A stretch of DNA of 62,854 bases, the filler included, from Gonapodya sp. JEL0774 (taxonomy: Eukaryota), in NCBI GenBank assembly GCA_027604505.1. It is 19 parts of 19 records of this genome, joined end to end, with 100 filler letters (N's around TTAATTAATTAA, not from the genome) between each part and the next. Parts side by side here need not be neighbours in the genome. Positions count along the whole stretch, not along the records: positions 36,545 to 39,748 come from JADIIX010001402.1; positions 39,849 to 43,052 come from JADIIX010001403.1; positions 43,153 to 46,354 come from JADIIX010001404.1; positions 46,455 to 49,656 come from JADIIX010001405.1; positions 49,757 to 52,958 come from JADIIX010001406.1; 14 more parts are not named here. The stretch is one strand, 5' to 3'. A program made the position numbers and the translations under genes. Positions 38,755-50,797 of the stretch are shown here, in pieces (position 1 is the first letter of the stretch; every line of letters begins with the position of its first letter). The notes under the pieces are model-generated. The model was given only the letters and a program-made list of their open reading frames with translations, did not search any database and was not told the origin of the DNA.

Positions 38755-39748
38755 ATGCAGCGAAACAAAGGACATTCGAAGACTCCCCCAAACTCCAGTG
38801 GACTCAAAAGGCAGAACAACAATGTTTGTCAGACAGACAGCGCACGAACCAAACGTCAACGTACACCCGCCACATCAGCAACGAGTAGTAATGTTCTGGT
38901 GGTGCCCGCAAAGCGGAGAATCGAAGCATCCGACATTCCGGACGACGTTCTTCGGATGATTTTTCGGATTGTGTACTTACATTGCCGGAACTGGAACAAC
39001 AGTCTCGAAGAACGGTCGCAGTGGAGGGAAGGGTTCACGAGTGTCTGGATGGCGTGTAAGCGCTTTTCGCGCTTATCGGGAGAAGCGATGGTCTTCCGGG
39101 GGAGACTGCCAGTTCGAACATTGGTCATTCCCGTCGACACCCTGGGTTCTGTCACACCTGTGCCGTCGGACCGCCCGGGCTACAATGTTCTCACAGAAAT
39201 ACATGAGTTACGTCTTCATTCCGGAGAAGTGGCGCGGGGAGGTTTCGCAGTTCGTTTTCGTAAAAAACATAGGTTGGATGCCATCGTCATCCAATCCCGG
39301 GAATGGAACCGAACCTACGAGAGCGAACCGCATGAAGACGATCTTGCTGGACCCGTCGGACGTCTCAGCGACGAACAATATGTGCCGGAACACGAACTAT
39401 GTCGTCCTGGGAAAATGGTCTATCTGGATACGTTTTACAGAGTCTCACCAGTATTTGTATACTGGCTGCCCCCGGCCTCTGGAGAACAGATTGTTTGGGA
39501 AGCGCGAGACTTGGAGGAGTTGGTCATAAGGACACTGGAAGTCCGGCTGAGAAGACGATTGGTGGTCGGGATCTACAGATTCGTCATGAACTATACAATT
39601 CCTGAACATATCCCGGATATCGTGTTTTACTTTCACGCTGTCTGCATGGGTTTCGATTGGGGCGAGGATCAGTTTCGATTGGCCACACACTCTCATACTC
39701 GGCAAGTGTACTTTCGAGGAGTGTGTTCTGATGAGATGTGGCGAGACA
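38755..39748 (+). CDS. Intronless F-box-like protein, 3' truncated
   Basis: SDIPDDVLRMIFRIV...VWMACKRFSRLS fits the F-box consensus; long uninterrupted ORF. Confidence 0.55.
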
Positions 39749-39848
39749 NNNNNNNNNNNNNNNNNNNNNNNNNNNNNNNNNNNNNNNNNNNNTTAATTAA
39801 TTAANNNNNNNNNNNNNNNNNNNNNNNNNNNNNNNNNNNNNNNNNNNN

Positions 39849-40191
39849 AGAGCGGCAAAACCACCTTGCCGCAGGTCTTTGCCAACGGAGTATTTGTTGG
39901 GGTGAGTTGATGTCCGGCCATGCGCCCGCTATGTTTGGTCAACAGAATCCCTTTGTCGGCCGTCTCTGCGTTCCATCATACTCACTCATAATCTTCGTTA
40001 TTGCCCATCATCCGAACGTCGTACAAACATACCACACGGCACACGCTCACCAACACCCTTTCTACACCTCCCCTGACCACTCTTCGCAGCTCTTTGACGA
40101 GCTCGAAGCCGCCAACGAAGACGGCCAATTGCTCCAGCTCATCAAGTCCAAGGCCAAATCGGGCGCTGCACCATCCACGATCGCTCAATGA
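39849..40191 (+). CDS. 3' end of a glutaredoxin/SH3BGR-like domain protein
   Basis: SGKTTLPQVFANGVFVG|LFDELEAANEDGQLLQLI, with an intron at about 39902-40089. Confidence 0.65.
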
Positions 40192-40461
40192 CGTGCTGTC
40201 CGTCTTGTCGCGGCATGTACATGCCCACACATGTACAAGTCCTTGGCGATCTGGCTTGGGAGGGTGGCGCGCTAATGCCACACAGGGTGTATCATTGATA
40301 TATATTCGATCAATGCATCGATCCAAATTATGATAATAGGCATGTACAGAATCGAATACTCCAGTCCACAGTAAACCTAGCCCCACAGCGCAACCTTCTG
40401 GCCCGGTCAACAACCCTAAACCTGTGCGCCTTCAATCGAATGAGAAAAAGCTTTCATAAAA

Positions 40462-43052
40462 TCACGCCCCGGGTTTCTTCTGCATCACGGATTCCAACAG
40501 TGTCCGGGCATTCACGATACCGGTGGTCAGGACGACGAAGTCCCGTTGGACTAAAGAGTAGAACGGGCCAACGGGTTGGTGACAGAATATGCACGGACAG
40601 ACGAGAACACGAGTATCCGTTAGAATAGGTGTCATCACACAGTCATGATTCGAGCACGCCAAGAAACACACCTTCCTCCATCTGGCCCAAAAACCTCACC
40701 GCAGCCACCTCGGCATATGTACACCCTCCCAAAAACACCACCAAAGTCGTTTTACCCTTTCCCTTGGCCTTGCCCGCCGATCCAACACCAACATCTCCTT
40801 GTCCCTGAGTGCCCCCCGGCCCGCTCTCGCTCTCCGACGTCGCAGCAGAGGGTGAAGCAGTCCTTGCCCCGCTCTGTAACTCCTCAAAATGCGGACCGCC
40901 AGGGACCTTCTTCATCAGCTCGTCTACACCGCTCCATCCTACCGGACGGGGCGGTAATGGTATGGACACAGTCTGCACTCCATCTTTCCCCTTTCCTTGC
41001 CCCGATGACGTACCACCGACCGTACCACCAGCAGAGACCGAAAGACCCGAAGACGCTGGAGATCCCCCGACGCCCCCCGTGACGGCCATCTGCAAGACCC
41101 TCACACTCCCAGGCGCGTACCCGGAAAACACATATGACATGTCCGCCGGGTTCTGGTCGTCCACATCGTCCACGATAAGTCGCAGTTGCTTTCTGAGACC
41201 GGCGATGCTCCCTGTTGTGGAGGATGAGGCGGCCGTGGCTGAACTGCCGGCGAGGATGCGCGGGAAGCCGGAAGTGGTAGGGGCGTCCGGTTTGGGGAGG
41301 AGGCCGGCGGTGGAGAGGTGGTGAAAGGTGAGGAGGTGATGATATCCGTAGGTCTGGACAGTAGAGGTCAAGTAGATCAGTCAATCAGAATCAAACGCTC
41401 CTTTCACAGTCCGATCCACACTCTCCCAAACAACCCACACACCTGCACCACCTCCCTCCTCCAACCATCGTATCCCTTACCCTTCACGCCCCCCACTGCC
41501 ATATTGTACAAGCAAAGCAATCTGATCACGTCCTCCACCGGCTCCTGTTTCCCGATCATATCCTCGATCAAGTCGACGTGTTGTGGAGATGCGATGCCAG
41601 AGACAAAATTTTGCTGTGCTTCGAGTGTAGAGTTAAATTCTGGGGTGAGAGTGTGAGTGGTGATGAGCTCTGCGAGGTGGGTGTCTGTAGAGATTCGAAA
41701 CGACTTGACAGTGAGCAGATCGTTTTGGTATTTGAGGTTGAAAAAGTGGCCCGGAAAACTCACGCAACGCCACACTCTGATGTTCCTCCCTCAGTCCTCC
41801 CAGCCTCCCCACAAAGCTCCTAATCTCTCCCACCGTTTTTGCGGCATGGCGCTCCTCGTACTCGGTCTGGACCTTTCTCGCGACTTCATTTAGTACGCCG
41901 CCGACAACGGCAAAGTTGAGATCACGCAAACGAGCATGGAGGGGATCGGAGGATGAGAGGGGGACTTTGCGGCGGCGTGGTGGACCGCTGGGTGGGGCGG
42001 AGGAGTTTGCAGGTTGAGAGAGGACAGAGGCGTCCACTTCGATGAAGCCTGAGATAGTATAAAGTCACGGATCGGAAGGAGTTGTGATAAGACCAGTGAA
42101 ATGTTTTACGACTCACTGCTTCGAATACCGAATACCTCATCGATAAGTCCTTCATACGTCAGCTGCATGCACAGCGGTGTGACCAGATCCACCGACCGGT
42201 CGAGAACAATGATGCTGTCGATGGATGATATGGAAGGGAAGACGGAAGAGGATGGGCTGTGAGTTAGATTCGCAGTGTTTGCAAGGAGTTCTCGGCGGAG
42301 GTTGACGAGGAGATCAGCGAGAACCTAAACAAATTTCGTTTGAGTGTTCAGTTGATTGGAGTGAAACTTTTGTGGGTGACTTACCCGGGCATATGTCCCC
42401 TTCCCGACTATACGAGGTGCAACACCGTACAGAGTTTGCAGTTTCATGATGGCTTTCGCGAGGTAGTAAACGCAGGTGGTATCTCCTTCCTACCACCCAC
42501 AGTCAGTACATGGAGTTCCAAAAGGGAAGAACACAGAACGCACATGAGGTGATGGCAGTCACTCACCAAATAGAGTTCCCTGAACGACCCCTCCACCTCC
42601 AAACTCAAAAAATCGTCTTCCAATGGCACCAAATCCAGATGATACTCCCCGATTGTCAGATCAGCCAGCACACCCTCCTCTTCGAACAACTTTTCGCACA
42701 CCAAGGTCTTTCTAGGTACGAAAAACACGCTGAAGTCGATCGCCTTCAGAGAGGGGTCCGACGAGCTAGCCGTACGGGATGCTTTGACGTGATCGGCAAT
42801 TTGTCGGGCGAAGGAGAGCTTAGGGCGGCAGAGATAGAGGACGGAGCGGGATTCGTGTGAAATAGGGCCCGGCTGGAGGTGGAAGATTTTCTCCACGCCG
42901 TGCTCCTGGTGAAGCGATTCAGGCACACTTGAGGACATTGATCGTTAAATGTAGTACGAGTATGGCAGCTGACTCACTTTCAGAAGCGAAAACTCGGCAA
43001 TGAGCGATAATGGTCCACTCAATGAAGAATCTATCACCAACGTCTTCTTCCC
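40462..43052 (-). CDS. VPS33: Sec1/Munc18-family vacuolar sorting protein Vps33, 5' truncated
   Basis: FFVPRKTLVCEKLFEEEGV...DLVPLEDDFLSLE; LRDLNFAVVG; DMSYVFSGYAP; LVVFLGGCTYAEVAAVRFL; FVVLTTGIVN. Confidence 0.93.
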
Positions 43053-43264
43053 NNNNNNNNNNNNNNNNNNNNNNNNNNNNNNNNNNNNNNNNNNNNTTAA
43101 TTAATTAANNNNNNNNNNNNNNNNNNNNNNNNNNNNNNNNNNNNNNNNNNNNTCTCTTCTTTTTTTTTCTTTCAATCCATGGGTGGACAAGTTGTTTCTG
43201 GTTGATGCATCATTCACCCATCATTGTCTTTGTATGGCTGTCAGACTAGTGATCTTCTTGAACA

Positions 43265-46250
43265 TGGTGGAACCTGCAGCTCCTCAGGCTGCAAGGCCTC
43301 CAAGTAAGTATCAGTACAAGTATTAGTATTTTGGTTGCATTCTGCTGGGACAGAACAAGAGCTCAAGAGTACTTACACTGATTACCCTTTTCTTACAATT
43401 AATCCCCATTTTTTAATATAACCCTTTGCCAAGTATACACATATGAGGACCCCACCGACATGGTTGCTCACCCTGATTTTAGATTGGCACCAATAGATAT
43501 TGACCTGTTAGGGTTTACCTTGGACTTACAGGATCCACGAAGCGAGAGACATCCTCTTATTGGACTCAATGTGAGACTCAACCTAATTTGATTATTACAT
43601 GAATCATTTTGAAAAGGTCACATATTATCTCAGGTTCAGTACTGCAGCAGCAGTAGGCGTGTTAGGGACCTGCCACAGTTCAAAACTTATTTGCAGATTT
43701 GTGTGCTAATGTCTAACATTGCAATTGTAGGTTCCCATTAACACAAGACTAAAAGCAGTACATTCTCACAACACACAGGTGGGGGGATTTTTGGTCTCAG
43801 CCCCACGCAAAGTCCCTGGTGGAGGTAAAACACAAGAAGCACTCTTGAGAGAGCTTAGAAGAGACGAAGTTGTGTTGGATGACGGTGAAGATGAACACGA
43901 GTTGATATTCCAGACGGGGGCTGGCATAGGCTCCTGGGAAACATTGAGAAAATGCTTATTGGCTGTTGGAATTGATGAGGTATGTTAGGATTTGAAAATG
44001 TGCTTTTAATTTGCAGAAGGTCAGGGAATGGTTCCCTTTTTGCCTAACTGGATAGGTCCGGTTCTTTTGCTACAACCAGAAGGACTTGAACTTTTGGGAA
44101 GGCTATAGAAGTGATCCCCTTCTGCAAAAAGATGCCATCATAGATCTTGGTTCAAATTTTGGTATCTGCCCAGCTAGTGAGAGACTACAAACAGTTGAAA
44201 CTCTGTCCTTCTGAATAACAATTTTTCAAATTAGATGAAGCTTACGTGTGTACCTTCAAATGTCAGAATGACATACCTGCAAATATGCACTTCCATGAAA
44301 CCAACTTCTGTCCTTTATATGGTACAGAAGGGAATGGATATGGCACCATTGAGTTTGAATACCAACACCACAATGGTGGTTCTGTTTACAACCTGCTTGT
44401 GGATTGTTACAATGGGTCCATGCGACATGAGATCCAGGCTAGTTTGGGGAGAAACAGTAGGACAAGCCCCTTCCAGTGGAGACCAAATTCCCAACAACGT
44501 GAGGGTGTTTTCTTTGAGATTTGTCTATGAATGAATCAAATAAGTTCCTTTCAGAGGCAAGGAACTCTTTTACTGGGATGGTTGCACTCTATAATAAATT
44601 GTCTGAGAAAGATCGAAGACGGTTTGGAGGTGGTAGGATGGAGGTCCGCTTTATCATAGGCCAGACTGTGTATGTGTTTTGTTTGGAAGTCCTGACAATA
44701 TGCAGGAAATAACATAATCCTCCTCTGGATCACAGTCCAACCATAGCAGAGGCCTACAGAGTTATGGAAACAATTCTTATTGAGGACCTTCCTATAGAGA
44801 TTCGGTGTATTCCTGTCAGCACAATTTTCAGGAAGTTGGAGAGGCTGCTTTGGATTGCAACCAACCACAGCATCTTTGCAAGTGGTACTGGAGATCTCCC
44901 ACCAACACTTCTGCAGAACAGAGCCAGGGCAGATATCATCAATGCCTTTGGTGTTAGTGATCAACAGAGGAAAATCTATGATCTTAGGCATGTCACTAAC
45001 CCAGGTAATGGACAACCATGGTGGGAAGGCCCAGTGGTGGACTACCATACTCCAGATGTGCTGTGGCAATCTTTTTGGGATAGGGAGGGGTGGAGGTTGA
45101 CTGATTTTGTCATGTACACAGCAAACAAACCTCCAAACCAAAGGTTTGCCAAGAAAAGGAGGGGGGGATAACTGTAGGTGATTTCTAACACAAGTTGGTC
45201 TTATTAACAGGCAAATTAAATCTGAATATTCAATCCAGGCTTTGATGTCTTGGGCAGAGAGTTTAATCCACTGGGCAGACTATCCAGATGAGTTCAAAGG
45301 TATATTACTTTTGATCATGGCATATCCAGTAAGTACATAATGTGTCTCTTCAGAATTAAGTGCATGTGCAGATATTAACTGACATTGAACTCTTATAGAC
45401 TGAGTTTCCTTGCCCACACTGTTATAAATTCAACAAAACTGTTCACTTCTTGTCTGTGCAGCATGAGAAGAGGGCTGGGGGGATGATCTTTTACATGAGA
45501 TGCCCCAAAGGTTTGAAAGATCCACAGGGTAGAGTCATTTGTGGAAAAGTTCGCATGTATTTGGACCTTCTTGTGCCCTGGGGGTACTTGACATTGCTCA
45601 AGTTGAGGCAATATGGTATACAACTGACTGTAGTAAATGAGGATGGGCCCAATTATCCGGTAAGATCAAGGAGAATGTCAGTTTGGTGAGGTTATAGTCA
45701 TGATCATAACAACAATACTACAGCTGCGTGCACCACCTGGAAACGAGCTTCCTCTTTTGCCAGCACCACCAGCACCTCTGGGATTCAATGGAGAGCGCTG
45801 GCAGGGCTTGAAGAAACCAAAGAGGATCACCAGAGCTGTCGGATTTTTTGTCAACTGGAATGATGTTCCCCAGCTGTTCAAGAGACCCAGGGTAATAGCT
45901 CCAGCTGCTGGTGCCCTTCCAGCAATAGGAGAAGCCAAAGGAGCAGAAAGGGTATGTTATGCAGTTCACATGTCATACTTGCAGTAACTTAGCCACACCT
46001 ACAACATACAATAATACAGTCAAGTAGTAACTCCAGTTTAAGCAGTGAAGATGATGGCCAAGGGGCTGATGCTAGAGTAAGGCAGGATGTACATGGTTAT
46101 CAGCCAGGAATGATCTGCTACAGATAGGTGAGAATTGTATCTGACTCCTATTTTTTTTGCAGGAACCTAGTGACCCACTTTCCAGTAGTGAAGATGACAG
46201 ATATGTTAACAAGAGGGTTGAAAGGGCTAGCAGAGCAGTAAGTTTGGATT
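43265..46250 (+). pseudogene. CpG-depleted multi-exon orphan gene or relic, probably repeat-associated
   Basis: Exon-like ORFs (43779-43988, 44246-44530, 44521-44712, 44764-45171, 45450-45689, 45700-45987) flanked by GT/AG sites. CG dinucleotides are very rare and some internal stops occur. Confidence 0.4.
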
Positions 46251-46252
46251 AC

Positions 46253-46269
46253 TTAGGGTTAGGGTTAGG
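46253..46269 (+). repeat. Interstitial telomeric repeat (TTAGGG)2TTAGG
   Basis: TTAGGGTTAGGGTTAGG followed by A7. Confidence 0.6.
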
Positions 46270-46454
46270 AAAAAAACCCCGCCTTGGGCAACTCCTGGGC
46301 GGCCTGCACGCGCAAAGACCATCACCACCAAGCTGATACCGGGACAATCTCAAGNNNNNNNNNNNNNNNNNNNNNNNNNNNNNNNNNNNNNNNNNNNNTT
46401 AATTAATTAANNNNNNNNNNNNNNNNNNNNNNNNNNNNNNNNNNNNNNNNNNNN

Positions 46455-47097
46455 TTCCTGATGGCTGGAGGTGCAGTGAGTTGGTCCAGTGGGAAACAGG
46501 AGCTAGTGGCCACCTCAACCACACATGCAGATTACGTTGGTCAAGACCATGCAGCCAGGGAGCTCTTGTGGATTCCGCAGTTTCTAAAGGAACTTGGACT
46601 TGGTTGCTCAGGTGCAATAAATGTTTATGGTGGAAGGGATCAAGAATGCCCTACTTTGATAGGAGATGATCAGGGAGCAATAGCACTAGCCAAGAACCCT
46701 GTTCACCACAAACTTTCTAAGCACTTTGAACTCAAATATCATTTTATCCGTGAACAGCTTGAGAAGGGGACTCTTAAATTGATTTACTGTCCTACCCATG
46801 TTAATGTTGCTGGCAGTATGACAACGCCACTACCAAAGCAGTCTATTAAGCAACATCGATCATCAATGGGGATGTATTCTATTGCTACTTGAGATAGTGG
46901 AAAACTTCACACTGAAGTGTTTGTTTCAGGGGGTGTGTTGCGACATTTTGGACGGCTCCAGCACCACAGGGAGTTGGAATGGAGGAGTAATCAGTGGCGC
47001 AAAATTATTTGCCGTAAAATTCTCTACAAGTTTGTCCTTTGCAGCGTTATCCGTTAGTGAGCTACATTACAGAACGTATGTAACTTAGTGCACACAT
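46455..47097 (+). mobile_element. Ty1/copia LTR retrotransposon 3' end: RNase H, polypurine tract and start of 3' LTR
   Basis: GAVSWSSGKQELVATST...GDDQGAIALAKNPVHHKLSKHFELKYHFIRE...YCPT; PPT-like agggggtg at 46928-46935 followed by TGTTG at 46936. Confidence 0.88.
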
Positions 47098-47149
47098 TGG
47101 CGGACGGGGCTGTGGTTGTCGCATGAATTGGATTAAGCTTTTTCTGTAC

Positions 47150-47543
47150 AGAGTGTTCGAATAATTGAATTGTAACCACTCAACATGCATTGCACAATTC
47201 CAATAATCCTTATGATCAGAAACAGTGGCCTCTCTATAAGTGTTGGGAGTAGTGACTTTGTCTGTTGTCTGCATTAAAACCCATTCATGATTATCAGCAA
47301 CATTGATGTAAGCTGGTGGATCAAAATGAGGATCAGTCAGTTCATCTGGGCTGTGGGCCAGAACTTCTAACTGAAATGGAGTCAACATCAGTTATCTGCA
47401 AACTCTCCCCTTGATCACTATCACTACAAGAAGAACTCCCCCTGGGAGGCAAGTCCATAAGAGCATGGTCGGCAGAAGGTAACATTTGAGCAGTGGACTT
47501 AGTTCCAGGGATTTTCACTGGCTTTGGCAGAAGAGAAGGAAAC
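47150..47543 (-). mobile_element. Second copia fragment (integrase-RT linker), antisense
   Basis: TPNTYREATVSDHKDYWNCAMHVE matches the copia P.T..EA......W..AM..E motif. Confidence 0.65.
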
Positions 47544-47546
47544 TTA

Positions 47547-49045
47547 GGGCCCGTTTACGTGCAAGGTTTGGGGGCGGTTTGGGGGCAGTTTGAAGTTCCG
47601 GTTTGGAGCCGTTTACTTCCACCCCAGTTTTGTTCAACCAGAAGTTTTGACAAAACCAGAGGTTTGATCAAACCAGCCATGATGTTTACTTTATCGTGGT
47701 TTAATACCCAGTTTGAATATTTCAAACTGAAGTTTGAATTTTCCATAATTGATTTCAAACCTTGCTAGGGAGGTGAATTTGAACTCCAAACCACGCACCC
47801 AAAGAACAATACCCAATTGATTCAAAGCCTATTGACCCATCCAGAGTACATCCACCGTACCATCATGAACAAAAAGTCCAAAAAATCCGTTGGCGACGGC
47901 GAGTTGAGTTACGAAGCCACTTCTGGAAAGGAGAAGAACCCGAAGATCTCATGGACCGAGGACAAGTCCAATTTCTTGCTCAACCTTCTTGAGACGAGTA
48001 AGAAGAGCCCCAATGCTGCTAGCAATGGATTCTCACCGCAGCAGTGGACCCAGATACGGAACAGTCTGGTGGAGAGGTTCCCTGAGAAGGTGAACATTCC
48101 AATGGAATCTATAGATTTGCACTATCAATTCCTCAAGAAGAAGGTCAAAGCTGTTCGAGACTGCAGGAAGGAGAGTGGATTTGGATGGGATGACATTCTC
48201 TGCAAGATATCAGCAGCTCCTGGTGTCTGGGAACGGCTCAAGCTCGAGGTACAGTGTTCCCATCTCTACTGTCTCACATCCCCCTATATATATATGATTC
48301 TCTGCTCCTCCATTGAATTCAGAACAAGAAAAAGTATGACAGGTTCTACCCTCTTCCATAAGGCGCATCGTGTCTTGTCAGACAGCATTGCTGACAGCAA
48401 GTACGCTGCTGGTAGTGGCACAGCTCCGGACACCAACAGTGCTCTCAGTAAGTCTATTGTAGAAGGCTCAAAAGCAGATCTAGACCATGGATATGAGGAC
48501 TCTTCAGATGATGAAGCAACTGGTGAGTCGTGATCTGTTTCAATTGCATTACGGTAGAAGTTGTCATGTTCATGATATCTTCTGTAGTGAAAGAGGCCAT
48601 TCCTATCCCTCCATCACGTCGAGACTCTGATATATCTGTCAGAAGTCGTTCAGCCACACCAGTGGATCCTCCAGTTGTTCGCACCTCCCACTCAAACACC
48701 CGTGGTGAGAAGAGGAAGGCTATTCCTTTGGCCATTGAGCAGTCGTCTCAAGCAGTTGTGCAGGCTGTTGAAATGATGGGGGCCTTTTTCCAAGACATGG
48801 GCCAAGCAAGGAAGGATCGGGAGCAGGAGCGGGAGGCGAAAAGACTGCGGAAGCTTACCCCATTGGAACGTGCAATTGAAACAGTTGAGCATGACGGGTG
48901 GAACCAAGACGCTGTGGATCTTCTTGTGGATCTCTTCACCTCAGACAACAGAGCTGCTACAGCGTACGGAACTTTGAAAAACCGGGAGTCAAGAATTAGG
49001 GTCGCATTGGATAAAGTGAAGAAACTACACGGAGTTAGTTCATAA
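47547..49045 (+). mobile_element. PIF/Harbinger-like element, left end, with Myb/SANT-like accessory gene (CDS about 47865-49045)
   Basis: TTA (47544-47546) then GGGCCCGTTT, a Tourist/PIF-type TSD and TIR, exactly where the copia fragment stops. Protein ISWTEDKSNFLLNLL...GFSPQQWTQI...LKKK...ESGFGWDD...VWERL is a Myb_DNA-bind_3-type domain. Transposase and right TIR not seen. Confidence 0.72.
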
Positions 49046-49756
49046 TTCTTGTGCTGGTGATCTTTTGAGTGACTGATGTGCTGCCTGCTAGATTGATTTG
49101 GCCCCACCAATGACACAATCGGCAGTTCCCATGTCTCTCCCCTTCAAACCCCTTGCCATTACAAGCATGCTTGGTGGAGGGTATCATTCAACACAGCCTG
49201 CACTTCCAGATGAGCAAGTTGGTGGTGTGTGGCCTCCTGATTTTGGTCAGTTTGGGCCTGGGACAGTTGGCTTTCATGGTCATGGCGGAGAGTACAACTA
49301 GATGATAATGACAGTCAACGTATATTTCTAGAAATACATATATGTATAACCCATTTAGCGACAGTATTCCTCCCACAACCTTCGGGCAATGTACTCCCTC
49401 CAGCGGATCATTTCAGGTGCAGAGGCTGAATTTTCACCACCACCCTGTCTACCATCTGACCCATTCCCATCACCAGTTTCGGCGTCTTTGGGGATCTCTC
49501 TTGCAACTTCATCTTCCTCCTCTCCGCAATCTATGATGTAGTTGTGGAGACGAAGTTTCGCTGAGCGAAAGCGAAGCGAGGCTTCATTCTTTTGATTTTA
49601 AGAAGTGAAGGGGGTCATGCGAGCTGCTCGGCAAAGGTTGCCGGGCCCCACTCGGGNNNNNNNNNNNNNNNNNNNNNNNNNNNNNNNNNNNNNNNNNNNN
49701 TTAATTAATTAANNNNNNNNNNNNNNNNNNNNNNNNNNNNNNNNNNNNNNNNNNNN

Positions 49757-50797
49757 GTGTGCGAGTCGTCACCGCCGGTCAAGAGGGCCATCTTGCAGAC
49801 CGTGGAGGCGCTGAGGAAGATGGGACATGTGGTGGTGGAGTTTAGGTACGTAGTGTGATGGGGTGTGTCAACACCAGAAACTGAGATTTGAAACCAGACC
49901 CATCACGCTCCCACCCTCCTTTTTCAAGCCCCTTCAAGGCCTTCCTCCTCACCTGCATGTCTCTCACCTACTTTTCCAGCCACGGGTACCTCCGCCTGGC
50001 CTCCCACGTCGACCGCACGGGCGACCCTCTGGAACCCTTCACCCGTTCCCAGTACCAGACCGCGAAAACCACCCGGGCCGAATCCGAGGCCCGCGCACAA
50101 GCGGCGTACGAGGCCACGGGGGATGCGATGTGGAAGGAGTTCTTGACGGCGGCGGGCAAGGGACTGGTGAGCGCGGAGGAGTTGTATAAATTGAACGTGG
50201 AGAGGAACGGGGTGTGGAAGGAGTGGTTGGAGGCGTGGGAGGGTACAAAAGTCAGTATGGGGTGTGGAAATCAGGGGCACGACGAGCTGTGTCTGAATTG
50301 TGAATTGATGGATTTGCATGCATAGCACCACCCAAAGAACCCAACGGGACTCCCGATGGACGCCATCATCTGCGAGGTGCAAACTCTTCCGGCCGTTCCG
50401 GAGTGGAAATGTGAGTATTTTTTTTTTTTGAAGCACCGCTGCTTCTGTGGCTGTCTCACCTCGTCTCTCCCTTCGACACCCAGCCCTCGAAGCCCCCTGC
50501 AACTTCACCGGCACGGTCCTGTACAACATCCTCGACTACCCCGGCGGCAGTATTCCCGTGACGACCGTCGACCCGTCCATCGACGGACCCTACACCACGA
50601 AACCCCGGTGGACTGGTGAAGCCATGGTGCACAAGGTGTGGAACGAGAACAGGAACACCATGAAGGGGGCTCCCGTGGGTGTGCAGGTGGTGGGGAGGAG
50701 GAGAGAGGAGGAGAAGACGTTGGAGGTCATGGAGGAGGTGGAGAGGTGCTTGAAGGTGGTGGCAGAGCGGGGGGGCGAGGGGAAGGGGAGGTTGTGA
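49757..50797 (+). CDS. Amidase-signature (FAAH/acetamidase-like) enzyme, 3' part
   Basis: SPPVKRAILQTVEALRKMGHVVVEF; MDAIICEVQTLPA; FTGTVLYNILDYPGGSIPVT; GAPVGVQVVGRRREEEKTL. Confidence 0.88.
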
